Origin: Callorhinchus milii
Lineage: Eukaryota
DNA: 64,000 nucleotides
Reading direction: 5' to 3'
NCBI RefSeq assembly: GCF_018977255.1
Contig: NW_024704753.1
Coordinates: 4,960,001-5,024,000, forward strand
The notes beneath the pieces were generated by a model. It was given only the letters and a program-made list of their open reading frames with translations. It made no database searches and had not been told where the DNA came from. Position numbers and translations under genes: made by a program. Of the stretch, positions 14,601-28,088 are shown piece by piece (positions within the stretch are counted from its first letter, which is position 1; each line of letters starts with the position of its first letter).

Positions 14601-15232
14601 AGCTGAACAAAAGGGAGATAGAAAACACAAAAGTGCTGCCTTACAACCTGGGTTTGAATCAGCTGCTTTCTGTCATTTCCAACTAACATATGAAGTGGAT
14701 CCCAAAATATGAATAGAAGCCTTGCGTGCCAATATCAATGAGGTCTGGGGAACAATATGTAGCATTCAAAAGTCATGTTGGAAAATTAATTATATTCTGT
14801 TTAAATTTGTGTTGGACTTATTACTCCTTTGCATCTTGTCCTGAAGTTGTCTTGACTTTTTTTTCCTTCCACCTTGACATAGTTGCATGTGCACCAATAT
14901 CCTTCCTGTATCTTGTTCGAGTGACCATTAATTCATTGTGGCTTTTGATTTTCAGCATTTTAGACACCTCCTTCTCAACCTTATTTCTTCAGTGAAATCA
15001 GTTTATTTTGCAAACCTCTGTTTATAATCTCAATACTGCATGCATTATTTGAGATATTCATTTGGATTCTTGTTCCGTTCATGTTAAGACTTTCAGATAT
15101 GCAGGGACAGCAGGAACAAAAAATATGACTGGATAAGTTAGCACTCTTCAGCCAGAAAAGGCATGCCTCAGAGGGGACCTTTACAGGGGAATAGTGAAAT
15201 TACACCCACAAACAGTGCTCTTCAGATGCGTC

Positions 15233-15400
15233 ATAATAATAATAATAATCCTTGCATTTGATATAGCGCTTTAAACGTCTTCTAGACATCTTAAAGCGTG
15301 TGGAGTAAGGAAACTTGCCCAAGGTTTCGCCCTGCCTGGAATTGAACCCAGGTGCCTCGCTTGCAAGGCGAGTGCTCTCACCACTGAGCTACAGGACTCC
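15233..15400 (-). mobile_element. Internally deleted SINE (tRNA head joined directly to tail)
   Basis: Head with A/B boxes and the (ATT)n tail are present; the central body is missing. Confidence 0.85.
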
Positions 15401-16869
15401 ACATATATGATAGCAGGATGAAAAAGTGCAGATTCAGGATTATGGCGAGGATTTTTTAAGACAAAACACTGGGAAGTATTAAAAAGCTGGAATAAGTTAC
15501 CAGATAGAAGCCAGAACATGAGACTCAATCAAGAAACAACGTGATTCTCTTTGAGAAGATTATATGTTTAGTATCTGGAAGGATGAGATCAGGATGAAGG
15601 CCTTTCTTCCTCTGAATTTCTCTAGTAATCTTAAAGACAGTGAGATTATTTGTAAGTGGAATGCAACTGGCTACTCCTTAAAAATATAGACCTTGAAATC
15701 TTTATGGTGTCACTTCATTCCTTCTCACACGTCAGGCAGAACTTTCAGTTTTTATCTCATTGAAAACCCTCTGTGCAGTTATTCAACAACAATAACTTGC
15801 ATTTATATAATGCCTTCATGCAGGGTAGAGCGCTTCACCTGTCTCTGGAGATGTTCAGGAGGCAATAGGTGCAAATCGTAATAACTTGTTGGAAGTTTTC
15901 CTTTAAATATATTTTTCCTTGGAAATTATTAAAAGGATGAATGATCTGTTAGGTAAATAGACCTTCTTTGCTTCTCTTCACAGCATCCAATAGATGTTAG
16001 TGTTGTTGCCAGAGGGTTTTTTATGCGTCTGGTTACAGTGGCTATTTCCTCTCCTTTTGGTCAACAGCTTCCTGCCACGTTTTGTCAACTGGAATTAATT
16101 TTCAAGTATTGGTTCATAAGAGCCGACTCTTGATGTAGATCAACAAAATCTGTCCTTTAATTGAAAGCGTGTGGAGCCTGCCATGGATGACTCTTTCCAC
16201 CCACTCCAAAAACAAAATAATAGTTGGTTGGTCAATCTTTAAAGGTCAGAACATCACGATTTCTTGCTTTGTTCAGAATTTAAAAGCTTTAGGTCAACGT
16301 TTGTAAACTGATGCTATTTATCTAGATGTCATTATCACTTTAAAAGTCCATCAGAGTTGAGTCTCAACATTTCATACACACTCATGTATCCTATTTAACT
16401 AATTGGATACAGTCAGTATAATATTTCCATGAGAAGCTTCTTATTATATGTGCAAAGAGTTGTGTTTTTTCTTCCAAATACTGCTTTAAATCGTTTTGAA
16501 TACTAAAGTGGGGTGTTTGACATGGATAGTATGTTTCAATTGGGATAACTCTGAAATTTGCATATTAAAAGTCTAACATCTGAATAAATCAACAATTCCT
16601 GCCCGACTGACAGCTTCTGACAATTTGCCAGAAGTAGGAGGGAGCGCGCTGTAGGACTTTAATCTCATGCTACGAGAAGACTCTTTGCAAATAATTAACA
16701 TTCACTCATAATTTTTTCCAGTCGAATCGCAGAATGAGGTAGGAAATAGCCAGCTGCTTCTAATTATTTTAAATTCCAGTCTATATATTAGAAAAGAGCC
16801 TTTTTATATTGATGTTATCCTTTGGTTTAATTTAAGAGCAGTTTCCTCTCTCAGTAAGAGGCAAATGAA

Positions 16870-17066
16870 ATCAGGAAGCATGCTTTCACTCAAATGGTAG
16901 TGGAAATTAGGAATTCTCTCCGCCAAAAGGCTGTGGATGCTGGATCCGTTAAAATTTTCAAGGGATATGGACCAAAGGCTGGTAATTGAAGTTGAGGTAC
17001 AGTTCCCCCTCAATAGAATGGCAGAAAAGGCTTTAGGGGCTGAATGGCCTACATGTGTTCCTATGT
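16870..17066 (+). mobile_element. CR1-type LINE 3' fragment
   Basis: Homologous to 27660-27900 and 60085-60470; ends GGGGCTGAATGGCCTAC...CCTATGTT. Confidence 0.7.
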
Positions 17067-17489
17067 TAAGCGAGCAAATGTGCTTGGGTTCATTTTAATC
17101 TTACGATAATGCTATGTGTTGACCGTCTCTCCCAATGGCTCGGTGAGAAACACATACTGTCGGTTGTAATACTGACTACACAGACCAGGAAGATCGCAGG
17201 TGTGTGGATCTTAGACAGGTCAGCTTTTGGTGAAGGGTTACAATTGAGCTTAGTGCCCCAGTGCTCAGAAAGGAGGAGCAGAAAAACAATCAGCAAAGGT
17301 TCCTGTGCAAATTGGCTGCAGGATTCACCAATACAGTCACTGCACATTCTGTGAGCGCATTGACACATTTTAACTACATGATTAAGGTACAATATCAAAT
17401 GCAAGGATTATGATTATTAATCCATTGATTAATAATGATAACTCCAAAGTTTTATACTTCACATGGTATTTCTATTTAAGCTGAACGTT

Positions 17490-18305
17490 GACAAGATGGA
17501 AGTCATAGTCTTTGGCTCTCGTCAACGTATAAAATCTCACAGTTCTCACCTCCTCCACCTACCCGACCTCCCGCTAAAACTCTCCGAACCCGTACCAACC
17601 TAGGCGTTAGATTCGACACCCAATTGTCCTTCCTCCTCCACATCGGTCCCTCACCAGCACCGCCTTCTTCCACCTCCGACGGATCGCCCGTCTCCGCCAA
17701 TACCTCACTTCAAAAGCGGCTGAAACCCTACTCCATGCCTTTGTCACCTCTCGGCTGGACTACTCTAACGCCCTCCTCGCCGGTCTCCATCCACTACCAT
17801 CCATAAAATCCAGATCATTCAAACCTCTGCCGCCCGCATTCTCACCCGCACAAAACTCCGCTCCCCGATCACCCCAGTCCTTGCCAGACTGCACTGACTG
17901 CCTGTCCCAGAGAGGATCGACTTCAAGATCCTCACCCTTGTATTCAAATCCCTCCACTCCTCTGCACCCTCCCTACCTCTCTGATCTCTCTCCTCAAAAG
18001 AGTACCTGTTCCCTTCGTTCCTCTGGGTCTGGCCTCCTCCTCGTCCCCCGAGTCCTCCGTACCGCCCTCGGCGGCCGTGCCTTCAGCCATTATGCCCCAA
18101 GGCTCTGGAACTCCCTTCCTCACTCCCTTCGTCTCGCTCCATCTCTTCCTACTTTCAGGTCCCTACTGAAGACCTTTCTTTTCGACCGCACCTTTGGTCA
18201 CCTTCCTCCCCCTCCCCCTGGCTCGGCCCTGGGATCCGTTCCTGTGAAGCGCTCTGAGATGCCGTCCGGCGTGGAGGGCACTATATAAATCCAAGTTGTT
18301 GTTGT
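17490..18305 (+). mobile_element. 5'-truncated L2-type LINE (ORF2 C-terminus, frameshifted)
   Basis: Peptide GGRAFSHYAPRLWNSLP...FRSLLKTFLF and (GTT)n tail; CpG-rich and relatively well preserved. Confidence 0.9.
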
Positions 18306-18938
18306 TTAAGACACGTATTTCATTGATCCAGTAATACAGTAGTCACATTTTAATTTGGAAATTCTGGGAAGGGATATATCAGAAGGTTGTGTGACAACAT
18401 CAATAATAGTCATCAGTTCAAAATAAATAGAAGGAAATAGCATATGGTAACACACACAGACGTAGTGTGGGATGTAAACACAAGCTCGAATGAAAAATAG
18501 CTTGTCGTAATTTAAATGTCGGATGTGCTTCAATAATAGGGAAATTTCATCCTAAAAGACTTTAGGTTTTGAATTTGTGTTGCTTTGTTGTCTCCAGTAC
18601 CACAAATAAGTAGACCTTGGTTCCATCCATCTATCCATAAATAATGCACATGAATCAAAGATCATAGTTCAAAGCACAGAGAAATCAACAAGGAACAATG
18701 GCTCGATTGCCCAGGTGCAGAAAGACGAGAACTCTTCCACATACCTTGTCTAAATAATTTAGACTTGAAACCATGAAACATTTATACTAGAATAACATTT
18801 TAATTAATAATTTATTCACACAGGAAACCGATCTATTGTGTAGGTCTGTTTACAAGCCTGATGCAATCATTTGTAACATTTATTGTCGCGTTCGGTTCTA
18901 CTTTGCTGGTTTGTCTGATGTATATTTTTACCTTACAG

Positions 18939-19004
18939 ATGACGGAGGGCAGACACTGCCAAGTAAATCTCCTGGATGGCAGGAAACTAGAGCTATTGGT
19001 TCAG
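18939..19004 (+). CDS. FRMD4B: FRMD4B exon 2 (MTEGRHCQVNLLDGRKLELLVQ), start of FERM-N lobe
   Basis: ccttacAG acceptor, GTAAGA donor, 66 nt, phase 0/0. Confidence 0.96.
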
Positions 19005-19008
19005 GTAA

Positions 19009-19223
19009 GATCGCTTTTCCAGGGGTAATAATTCCTAAAAAAAAAATTGGTCATTCAATCCACAAGTGTTTGTGGGACATTGCTGTGCACAATTGGCTGC
19101 TGCGTTTTGCCCATGAAACACACTTTACAGTACTCAGTGCACTTTACAGTATATCCTGTGAAGTACTTTGAGACATCTCAAAGATGTGATAAAGCTCTAT
19201 ATCAAATGCAAGGATTATTATTA
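19009..19223 (+). mobile_element. 5'-truncated SINE abutting the exon 2 donor
   Basis: Begins GATCGCTTTTCC..GGGGTAATAAT as in the long SINE variant at 21028; ends in the ATT tail. Confidence 0.85.
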
Positions 19224-20341
19224 TGTCAATTCAGAAAAGCATCTGAATACGAGTCTGAAACTATTCTTCCATCGGTTCTAAATTTAATAAGTGAGAGTAT
19301 ATTCGATGTGTGTGTAGTATATATTGAAAATATATAGGCGCTATAAATGTGCTGGAATTATGATTAAATGAGATTCGATGACAACCATAGATAGAATAAG
19401 TGTCATTTGCAAACTAATTGCAACAACAACTTGCATTTATAAAGTGCCCCTCACGCAGGGTAGCGTCTCAGTGAGCTTGATTGCTCAATCAAGAAATGCA
19501 GGGAATGTATCTTGAACCTCATACAACTCTTTCTAAACCCAACTACCAAGCCTAGCATGGAGAGCAGGTGCATCAGAAACCTGCTTCTAGGCCTCTGCTT
19601 ATGCTTTTCTGAAATATTTGCTGGACCACGGAAGTGACTCAGGAGGATTCTCCCTCTGGTTTCCTCTCGCCCCAATCTCTGCTTAGCTGCTGGTGCTGCT
19701 GCACAGTGACATTTATAAGAATCGTTGATTCAACGAGCAAAGAACGGCAGACATGGAGCAACATCCCGCAGTAAATGGGTTTTGATTTAACTCGCTACCT
19801 CATCGTGCTGCTTGAGTCAAAGCGATCCTTTCCCTCATCCCCCACCTCAACTCCTCCACATGCTCACAGATTTGGGGGGTGGCCCATCTTTGAAAACAAA
19901 CAACACTTCACCACGTTACCAGATGCCTGTACTGGCATCAGACAGATCTGTGAAGAGCTGAGAGATTACACGGTTCCCTTGTGTGCTGCTCTGATGCAGC
20001 ATTAATTAGAGTTGCCACTGAAATAGGAGACGAAAAACAATGATCGCAAACAATATACAGTGGAATGAACAAAAAGGCGTACCAGAGGAAGTATCATTGT
20101 TTTTAAAGAGAACCCTTTCTGGAGGAAGGTTGATAGTGTACTCTTTGTAGAGATAATGTTGACTGTTATGGACAGCCTCTTATAATATGCAGCTGGAATG
20201 CAGCTTAGTCCCCACAATGTCAAATTGCTTCATTTTCCCCTCATATACACAAAGGTTCACCCGGCAGTGTAAATATTCATTTGTAAGAAAATGTTATTGA
20301 TTTGTGCAAATCGACTGACAATTTAATGGCTTTTTTTGTAG

Positions 20342-20436
20342 CCCAAGCTTTTGTCCCGGGAGCTGTTGGATCTGGTGGCCTCACACTTTAATCTCAAGGA
20401 GAAGGAATACTTTGGAATAACCTTCATTAATGACAC
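20342..20436 (+). CDS. FRMD4B: FRMD4B exon 3 (PKLLSRELLDLVASHFNLKEKEYFGITFINDT)
   Basis: tttttgtAG acceptor, GTAAGT donor, 95 nt, phase 0/2; FERM-N motif EKEYFG. Confidence 0.96.
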
Positions 20437-20584
20437 GTAAGTGAGACTTTCTCATGTCAGCATGTTTCGCCCACAAAATATACAATTATCCATTTTACAA
20501 AATAACAACAAATTACATTTGTATGATGCTTTTTGCATCGGGAGGACATCCCAAGGCGTTGGATAATCAGGGATTTGGACCCAA

Positions 20585-20790
20585 GCAACAACAACAACAA
20601 CAACAACAACAAAATTACATTTGTAAAGCGCCTTTCATGTCGGGAGGGGTTTGGGATCAGGAGAGGTGGAGGGCAGGGAAGGTAAGGTTAGGAGGGTGGC
20701 CTTGAGATGTGCCTTGAGGCAAGGGAGGGAGCAAGGCAAAGAGACTGTGGGATGGAGTTTCAAAGGCTGGGGGCAGAGAGGCTGAATATA
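20585..20790 (-). mobile_element. L2-type LINE 3' end with (CAA)n tail
   Basis: Reverse complement of the L2 3' end; (CAA)n microsatellite at about 20587-20612. Confidence 0.75.
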
Positions 20791-20879
20791 TTTACAATAT
20801 ATTCTGTGAAACGCTTTGAGGTGTCTCAATGATGTGATGATGTGTTATATCAAATCCAATTATCATTTTTATTATTATA

Positions 20880-21249
20880 TCCTGTAGCTCAGTGGTTAGA
20901 GCACTCGCCTCACAAGCGAGAGACTTGGGCTTGATACCTGGCAAGGCAAAACGTTGGGCAAGTTTCCTTACTCCACATGCCTGTTAACCTAACAGAAAGT
21001 AGGAACCTAGTTGTTAGTCGATTGGTGGATCGCTTTTCCGGGGGTAATAATCCCTTCTAAAAAATAATAAATTGGTTACTTCAATCCATGACTGTCTGTG
21101 AGACACTGCTGTACGCAATTGGCTGTCACGTTTCGCCCACAAAATATACAGTTAATTCACTTTATAGTATATTCTGTGAAGCACTTTGAGACATCTCAAA
21201 GACTTAATTAAGGTACTATATCAAATGCAAGGATTACTGTTATTATTAT
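20880..21249 (+). mobile_element. Full-length SINE, older long variant
   Basis: tRNA head, extra internal segment (GCCTGTTAACCTA...GGATCGCTTTTCC) and ATT tail. Confidence 0.9.
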
Positions 21250-24200
21250 GTACCGCTATACTTGAAATACAATACAACTTACATTTATGTAGCGCTTTTC
21301 ACGCTGGGAGGACGTCTCAAAGTGCTTTGCATAACTGTCCGGGCACCCAATAAAGCTCTAGCTATTTATAATGAGGGTTATTAGGATTTTATTGAGTAAA
21401 TTCAACTGCTGGAAATCTTTCAGCTTGAAACTTTATCCTGCCAAGCAAAAATCAATTTCTGTTCTACCAGGAATATTATAATCATTAAAATGAAATATTC
21501 TGAGCTTAGCCAGCAAATAAAACCCATCCAAGTACTGAATTACTTTGCACAGTTATCTGTGGCAAAGATTGAACATGAGATGACCTCTTTGTCACCTCAC
21601 TGGCAGATTGTTTCATCAGTAACGCTATACGTCTTATCAAATGTCAGAAATATAATGGCACAGCCAACCATTCGCAGAAACAGACTACCTTCTAATCTTA
21701 TCAACACTTCTCAGTAAGTATGGTCACATTTACGAAAGAATTCAGCTAAAAATAATCCTCGCTTTTGCTAGGAGGTCTAACGTCAAACTGTGCATCTCGT
21801 TGAACACAATGCGTAACTGGAGTGCCTGAGGTGTAACCATACTTCCAGCAATGCTGTCCCTGGCACCTGTACCTGTGCAGGTGTGACAACACAGTTAGAA
21901 CTCAGTTCCATATATATAAAACATGCATCATTCACATACACAAAGATTGGCGACGTGCATTTAGTTAAAATTAATTTAAAATAATAAGTTCATTTAAAAT
22001 AATGTGAATTAAAACCATTGTGATTTGTGAGCAGAGACAATACAAATAATTTCAAGTTAATACATTAATATGTTTGTGTATGGGGGGGGAAGAAGGGCAA
22101 AACAGTGAGCAACTGAGTTAAACTCAGCGCAGACTATTTACCAAACTTTGCAGGAATGAGTGCAGGAATGAGCTAGGGCATTAAATGTATCAGATTTTCA
22201 TTTAAATAGTTAGCCTTGTTTTATCAGTCAGATTAGGTGTACAGCTGCCACAAAAATACTTACACACCAAAATCACCAGCGTTGATCAAACATTTTCTGG
22301 CTGATACACTCGTATCCTCTGGGATAGGACTAACAGGACAGCGAGGCAAAAACACACACAATGAATGCACCGCGTGCAGAGCTCAATTCTAACTGTGTTG
22401 TTGTCACAGCTGGTCTGTGCATGGCCTGTACAGGTGGGCCGAGTTGGCAATAGAAATGCTCTCAGTTGTGTCAGTTACCAAGCAGAAGCAACGTTGATAG
22501 TCCACTAGAGGCTCCAATACAATGCAGTGTCAAACAGAGTCAGCCTTCTTGGCCACAGTGCTGTAATACAGTACAGTAAAATTCTATATTTGTCTGCATT
22601 AAGCTTGATTATTTTACTTGTACAATTATAAAGGCTCACACAAAGGAGTTACTCCTACACTCCTTTGCATGATGTTCTTCAAATGCTGGAAATGAGCATT
22701 GTTAAGGCATTTCCTCTACTCTACTGTAGTTTGCTGTCAACACCCTCTTTTATGTTGGGAGGGTTTGTTTCTTATTTTTAATGGGTTTGTACCATATGAG
22801 GTCACCTCAGTAGTAAATTTAACTTTGAACGATGTGTAGCACAGCAGGACTGTGAAGCAGGAATCATTAATTGAAAAGAATTGTAGAGACTTGGGAGGTG
22901 GGGAGGGAATCACCAGCTTGACATCTCCTGATGCCTCAAATTGAAATATTCTCTTGAAGACGTGCAAAATGCCACGTGCTGTAAGAGTGATTACTGTGGT
23001 GAAACACGGTCAACTTAACTACCGCTCTTCCGCCTCTCCAGTTGATGGCACACCCATCGATTTTCAGCCAGCTTTGAGCTTTGGCATTCACACCCAGGCA
23101 AAAGCATTAGCCCGGCAGTCTGACTCAGGCTTAGATCTGTGGTGGGCAGGTACCTAGTATTATAGCTGTGGGAGTTCTGGGAGCAGGTTGAATTGCACAC
23201 ACCCACTTCTAACTAGAGATTTGCAGATGTTGAGCAGAGGAGCTAAAACTAAGGAGAGTTTAAAAATGGAATTTACTGAATACCAGGATGCATTCAGCCA
23301 CACCTAAGTGGCTTTTACCCTGTATTAATGAAGGGCGGCATTCACCTTAGGCACAACTTGCTCTTAGCTAAGCCAATTCTCATTGGTTTTGAATCTCTCA
23401 TCCTTTGGACTTGTTCTCGTGATGCCATTAAAAACTATGCAAAGTCTGACCATGTCTGCATTGAATAATTCATCTATTGCTCTGCACGCATCATCCCTAA
23501 TTAAAGGATGTAAATAGCGTTTTTAGCAACTACCATCACAGGATAAAGGAGGGATAACAGTAGTATCTATCTGATCCACCTTGCCCTATGGCCTTACTGA
23601 AATTAAGTGTCTACAATTTCACAGCTCTGTGTTCTCATGCACGCTGGCAAAACAGGTCTGAACGTTGACAGGAGAGTGTGAAAATTAGCATGGTTCTTTA
23701 AATTCCTGTCTCCCCAAATCCCATCCAGATACTAAAAAGCCAAGAAACAGCTGCGAATGAGAGTGAAGGCACAGTGTACACGATCTCCTTGAACACTGAA
23801 TTCCTTGCATAAATCTATATGCATAAATTAAGCTTTCATTTTTAAAAAAACAAATGTTGGACATTTGGACACAGTTTCCAGTCAATTTTCTGTAGATTTT
23901 TTTGCAGTCTCTGTTTTTTGCCACTTTCAGGCATCAACAGTCTATTTTCATATCTTACTCTATTGACTTACATTTCATATTTCTTGTTTTCCCATATTGA
24001 TTTTCAAACAATAAACTTGGTGAAAGACCAATAAGTTAAAGCAATTTTTAAAGCAACCTGATTCAGTGAATCATTGCTTTGCTTCAGTTTCCTTTTCCTC
24101 TGACAACACAAAGGGTGGACTGAATCTCACACTGGGCATATTTAGTTTGGTATAACTTCCAAGGTACTAACAATAGCATTAGTGCTAAACCCTCCACTGG

Positions 24201-25769
24201 TAAGAAAGCAGCATTCACTCAGTTGAACCGTTATATTCAAGTGTGTATCTATCCTCTACTGGTTTCATTCTATCTCTGGGTCATTCATACATAATCAACT
24301 TGACTATTAATTGAATCCTTATTTTTAACACTATGGAATTATTTGGTCAAAACTTGCATTGCAGTATAGATTACATTTATACGTTGGTTGCATTAACAAT
24401 CAGCCGTTCAAAAACATTACAGAAAATCAACAAAACCTCAATGTGATCTTTCCTCCACCTGAATTCACAGCAATTTAAACTGGTTGAAATGAATACAAAC
24501 ACCACAATTGCCAGAGATTTGGGTGGAATGATTGCAATTATTTACGCCAGTTGAAGGCAAAATTGCATCTCAGTGCAACGATAATGAATACCTGCTAACC
24601 CACATTTATAGCTGCTGGAGACCGGTGTACTAAATTTTCACAGTGATTGTGATGTTATAAAGGAAGCCTGCTCCATTATGGGAAAGGTCTTTACTTCCAT
24701 TACAATCTGCTCTGTACGCTGGCACTGTTTATTTAAAGGACTTGCCCACTTTCTTGGGAACACCCTTTGTTTGGGTTGTGTTGATTTTGGCGAGGAATCC
24801 TGGGAGAAATCCCGGTTTACACGCTGGAAGGTAAAAGGTTATTCTGTGATTTCCTTGTGGACAAATCAGCAAATTTTCCGTTTCCAGTTGGTGAAAGGAT
24901 AGATTCCCACCACAGCTTTTTGGCATCATTGTTTATGGGCAGATGTGCAGCTGACGAGCATTCTCTTCCCAACTATACATTCTACCATTTTAATTCAAAA
25001 GAAATCAGGAACCCTTAGGGGGAAGAGTGATTCCTTTAGAATTAAATTGAGAGAAAATGAATGCAATGAATGAGTGATCTGTATTGACTGTCATTATCAT
25101 ATTTTCTATCAGGCTGGTGTATAAATTGTAATTATGAATGTAATTAGGGACCGGAGANGGGGGAATGCTTAGAAAAGTAATACATCAACCTGCAAGTTGC
25201 AAGAGATTATTGTAACAAAATAGAATTTGGCTTGAAAAGGTGACTTGTTTTTCTACGTGCAGTATTGTGGTTTCCACACGAAAGATAGTTACACACAGCC
25301 AATTCCTCTTCAATGAACAGATGTTCAAAGGTGCTTATAATTTATTCAATGTATCAAAAGTAATTCAACTATTTAAAATCAAACACAACCCTCATTTTAA
25401 ACCTCCCACCGAACGTTACTTTTTTTTAAAAAAAAGAAACTTCTACATTTAAATCTTTGAACAATGCAATGCTTTAATTTAATTTGAAGGAAGTATTCTT
25501 TCAGCAACATAATACAATTGAATAAACTGTCGTCTATCGAGAAAATCTTTGTGCTAATTTAAATGTCTGGCAGTCTTCCTGGTGTATCCTCTATAATGAG
25601 CTGACTGTTGGACAGCATTCTTTTGTTTGTGTGTGGATGTAGCTTTACATATGCATAGGCACTGGGCCAAAGAAATAGATCTAGGTCACTCAGAAAAGGA
25701 TTGTGGTCTCATGGTCAGTTTTTCTTCCCATTTTCCCCATAACTGAAGGTGTCTTATCCCCTCTAGCCC

Positions 25770-26840
25770 CTGCAACGTCTTGTGCGCTGGTCCTCAGGAC
25801 TCTGTCCTTGGTCCCCTCCTCTTCAATATCTATATGCTCCCTCTTGGTGACATCATCCGCAGACACGGGGGCAACTTCCACATGTATGCGGTTGACACCC
25901 AACTGTACCTCTCTGTCTCCATGACTCCAGGACCACTGCTGTTCTGACAGAATGTGTGTCAGACATCAAGTCCTGGATGAGAGCTAACTTTCTTCAACCA
26001 GACTGAGGCCCTCCTGATTGGCTTCCGTCAGCACCTCCACACCTCAGGTGCTGACTGCATCACCATTCATGGTTGCACACTCCATCTTGCTAAGCCAGTG
26101 CCGAACCTTGGCATCTTCTTTGACCCTTAACTATCCTTTCCACCACACATCCATGCCATGACTCGCTCTGCTTTCTCCCACCTCCGCGACATCGCCCGGC
26201 TCCGACACTGTCTCACACCGCAGGCCACCAAAACCCTCGTACACCCCTTCATAACATCCAGGCTTGACTATGCAAACTCCCTGCTTGTCGGCCTTCCCAA
26301 CTCCTCCCTCCATAGGCTGCAGATCACCCAGAACTCTGCAGCTCGTGTCCTCTCCCGCACCACGCTCCGTGACCCTATCACCCCCATCCTCTCCAAACTC
26401 CACTGGCTTTCCATCACACAGAGGATACATTTCAAGATCCTGGGCCTCACCTTCAGAACCTTCTATGGACTTGCTCCTCCATACCTCTGCAACCTCCTAA
26501 CCCCCTACCAAATTGCCCATTCCCTCCACTCAGCGGGCTCCTGTCTGCTTCACGTGCCCCGCCCACCCCACCATTGGCAGGCAGACTTTCAGCCACTCTG
26601 TCCCCACCCTCTGGAACTCCATCCGACAATCCCTCTGCCTCATTCCCTCCCTTACCTCCTTCAAGACCCATCTGAAGATCCTCCTCTTCGACCATGCCTT
26701 TGATCACTTTCCTTCCCCTCCTGCCCTTCACCCTCCCCGATCCTGACCCTCAGCTCGGGTCCGAAACACTGATTGTCCAGCACCTTGGGACGTCCTCTCG
26801 ACATGAAAAGTGCCATACAAATGTAAGTTTGTTGTTGTTG
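25770..26840 (+). mobile_element. 5'-truncated L2-type LINE with reverse transcriptase remnant
   Basis: Degenerate YADD-region (TATGCGGTTGACACCCAACTGTAC) and peptide ITSRLDYANSLLVGLP...QNSAARVL...LHWL; (GTT)n tail. Confidence 0.92.
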
Positions 26841-27659
26841 ATGTTATCTTCTTATTCCTCCCATGGTGTGCAGTTCCTGAGCACCCTATTGCCTAAGAGG
26901 ACACTGTTCATATAAAAACTTTGACGATCCATTTTGACCGGCTTGTGAACTGTAGGCAATTCTACACAGTCAAGCTGGATGCTGTACTCTCCTGATGGCC
27001 ACATAAGCACCTTCCAGCTGGGGTCTCTAGTTGCAGATTAAGAGCAGAAATCCTGTCTGATTATCTCCTCAACAACTGAGGCCAATTGTAGCACCGGAAC
27101 TGCAGCCTCTTTGGGATCAGCTATTTGATTTCAATCCAGGATTTGAATCTCCAACCTTGTGCTACACTTGGCCTCCACCCTAGTCTAGGCCATTGGGGGA
27201 GCTCACTCAGGAAAGATGTAATTCTCTAGCTGTAATGCTCTTTATCCAACTCGAGAGAAACTAGGAGATTAGGACCAGACTCTCATTCTCCTAGTTGCTG
27301 GCATGGTTATTTCACAGCAGTGAAAATAATGTGCCAATAGCTCTCACAGGCATTGCTCTGGCCACGTGCTGAATTGAGCCAGTGAATGTCTCAACAGCCG
27401 TCGCACCCGCAAGAACAATATGCCCACCAGGGGCAAAACGGATTCCCAAACACAGTCGCCATGGTAGCTAATAAACAGCTTCACTGTGCACATCAGCACG
27501 TTGATTAAAAACAAAACACATCCAAACAGTTTCTGGCCAACTTTTTCCACACTTCAGCAGTAACGTCAGAAAATGGCATTAGGACTTACACTTGTGAGTA
27601 AGACTTTCTAATTGAATTGCTCTGTGATCCGAAACCAGTGCAAGAGAGGATCAGCCAAA

Positions 27660-27900
27660 CGAAAGGTTTGTGGAAATCTGGAACTCTCTCCCCCAAAAAA
27701 CTGTGGATACTGGATTCATTCACATTTTCAAGACGGAGGTAGATAAATATTTGTTAAGTCAGGCTATTAAGAGATATTGGACAAGGGAGGGTAACTGGAC
27801 CTATAGAGGTATAGATCAACCATGATCTTATAAAATGAAGGAACAGGTTCGAGGGGCTGAATAGCTTACTCCTGTTTCTATCTCTATGTATCTATGAATT
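27660..27900 (+). mobile_element. CR1-type LINE 3' fragment
   Basis: Homologous to 60085-60470; short tandem (CTATG-like) tail. Confidence 0.75.
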
Positions 27901-28088
27901 GCTTTTCGTTGTCTTAAATGGTGGGGGCTTCTGGAAAACCCCTTTATCACCCGAAACAGTCAAGGAAATTTCCCCTTCAGGTCCCACTTCCCTGCTGAGG
28001 ATTTGCAGCATTCGCCGGTTTTATTTCAGCACCACATTATTCAGGGGCTTCGAATATTTACAACCTTTTATTTCTCCCCCTCCTGCAG

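Noticed and set aside
26158-26703. 181-aa RT-like ORF as an active or domesticated gene
   Set aside because: Part of a 5'-truncated, frameshifted L2 copy with a degenerate catalytic motif.
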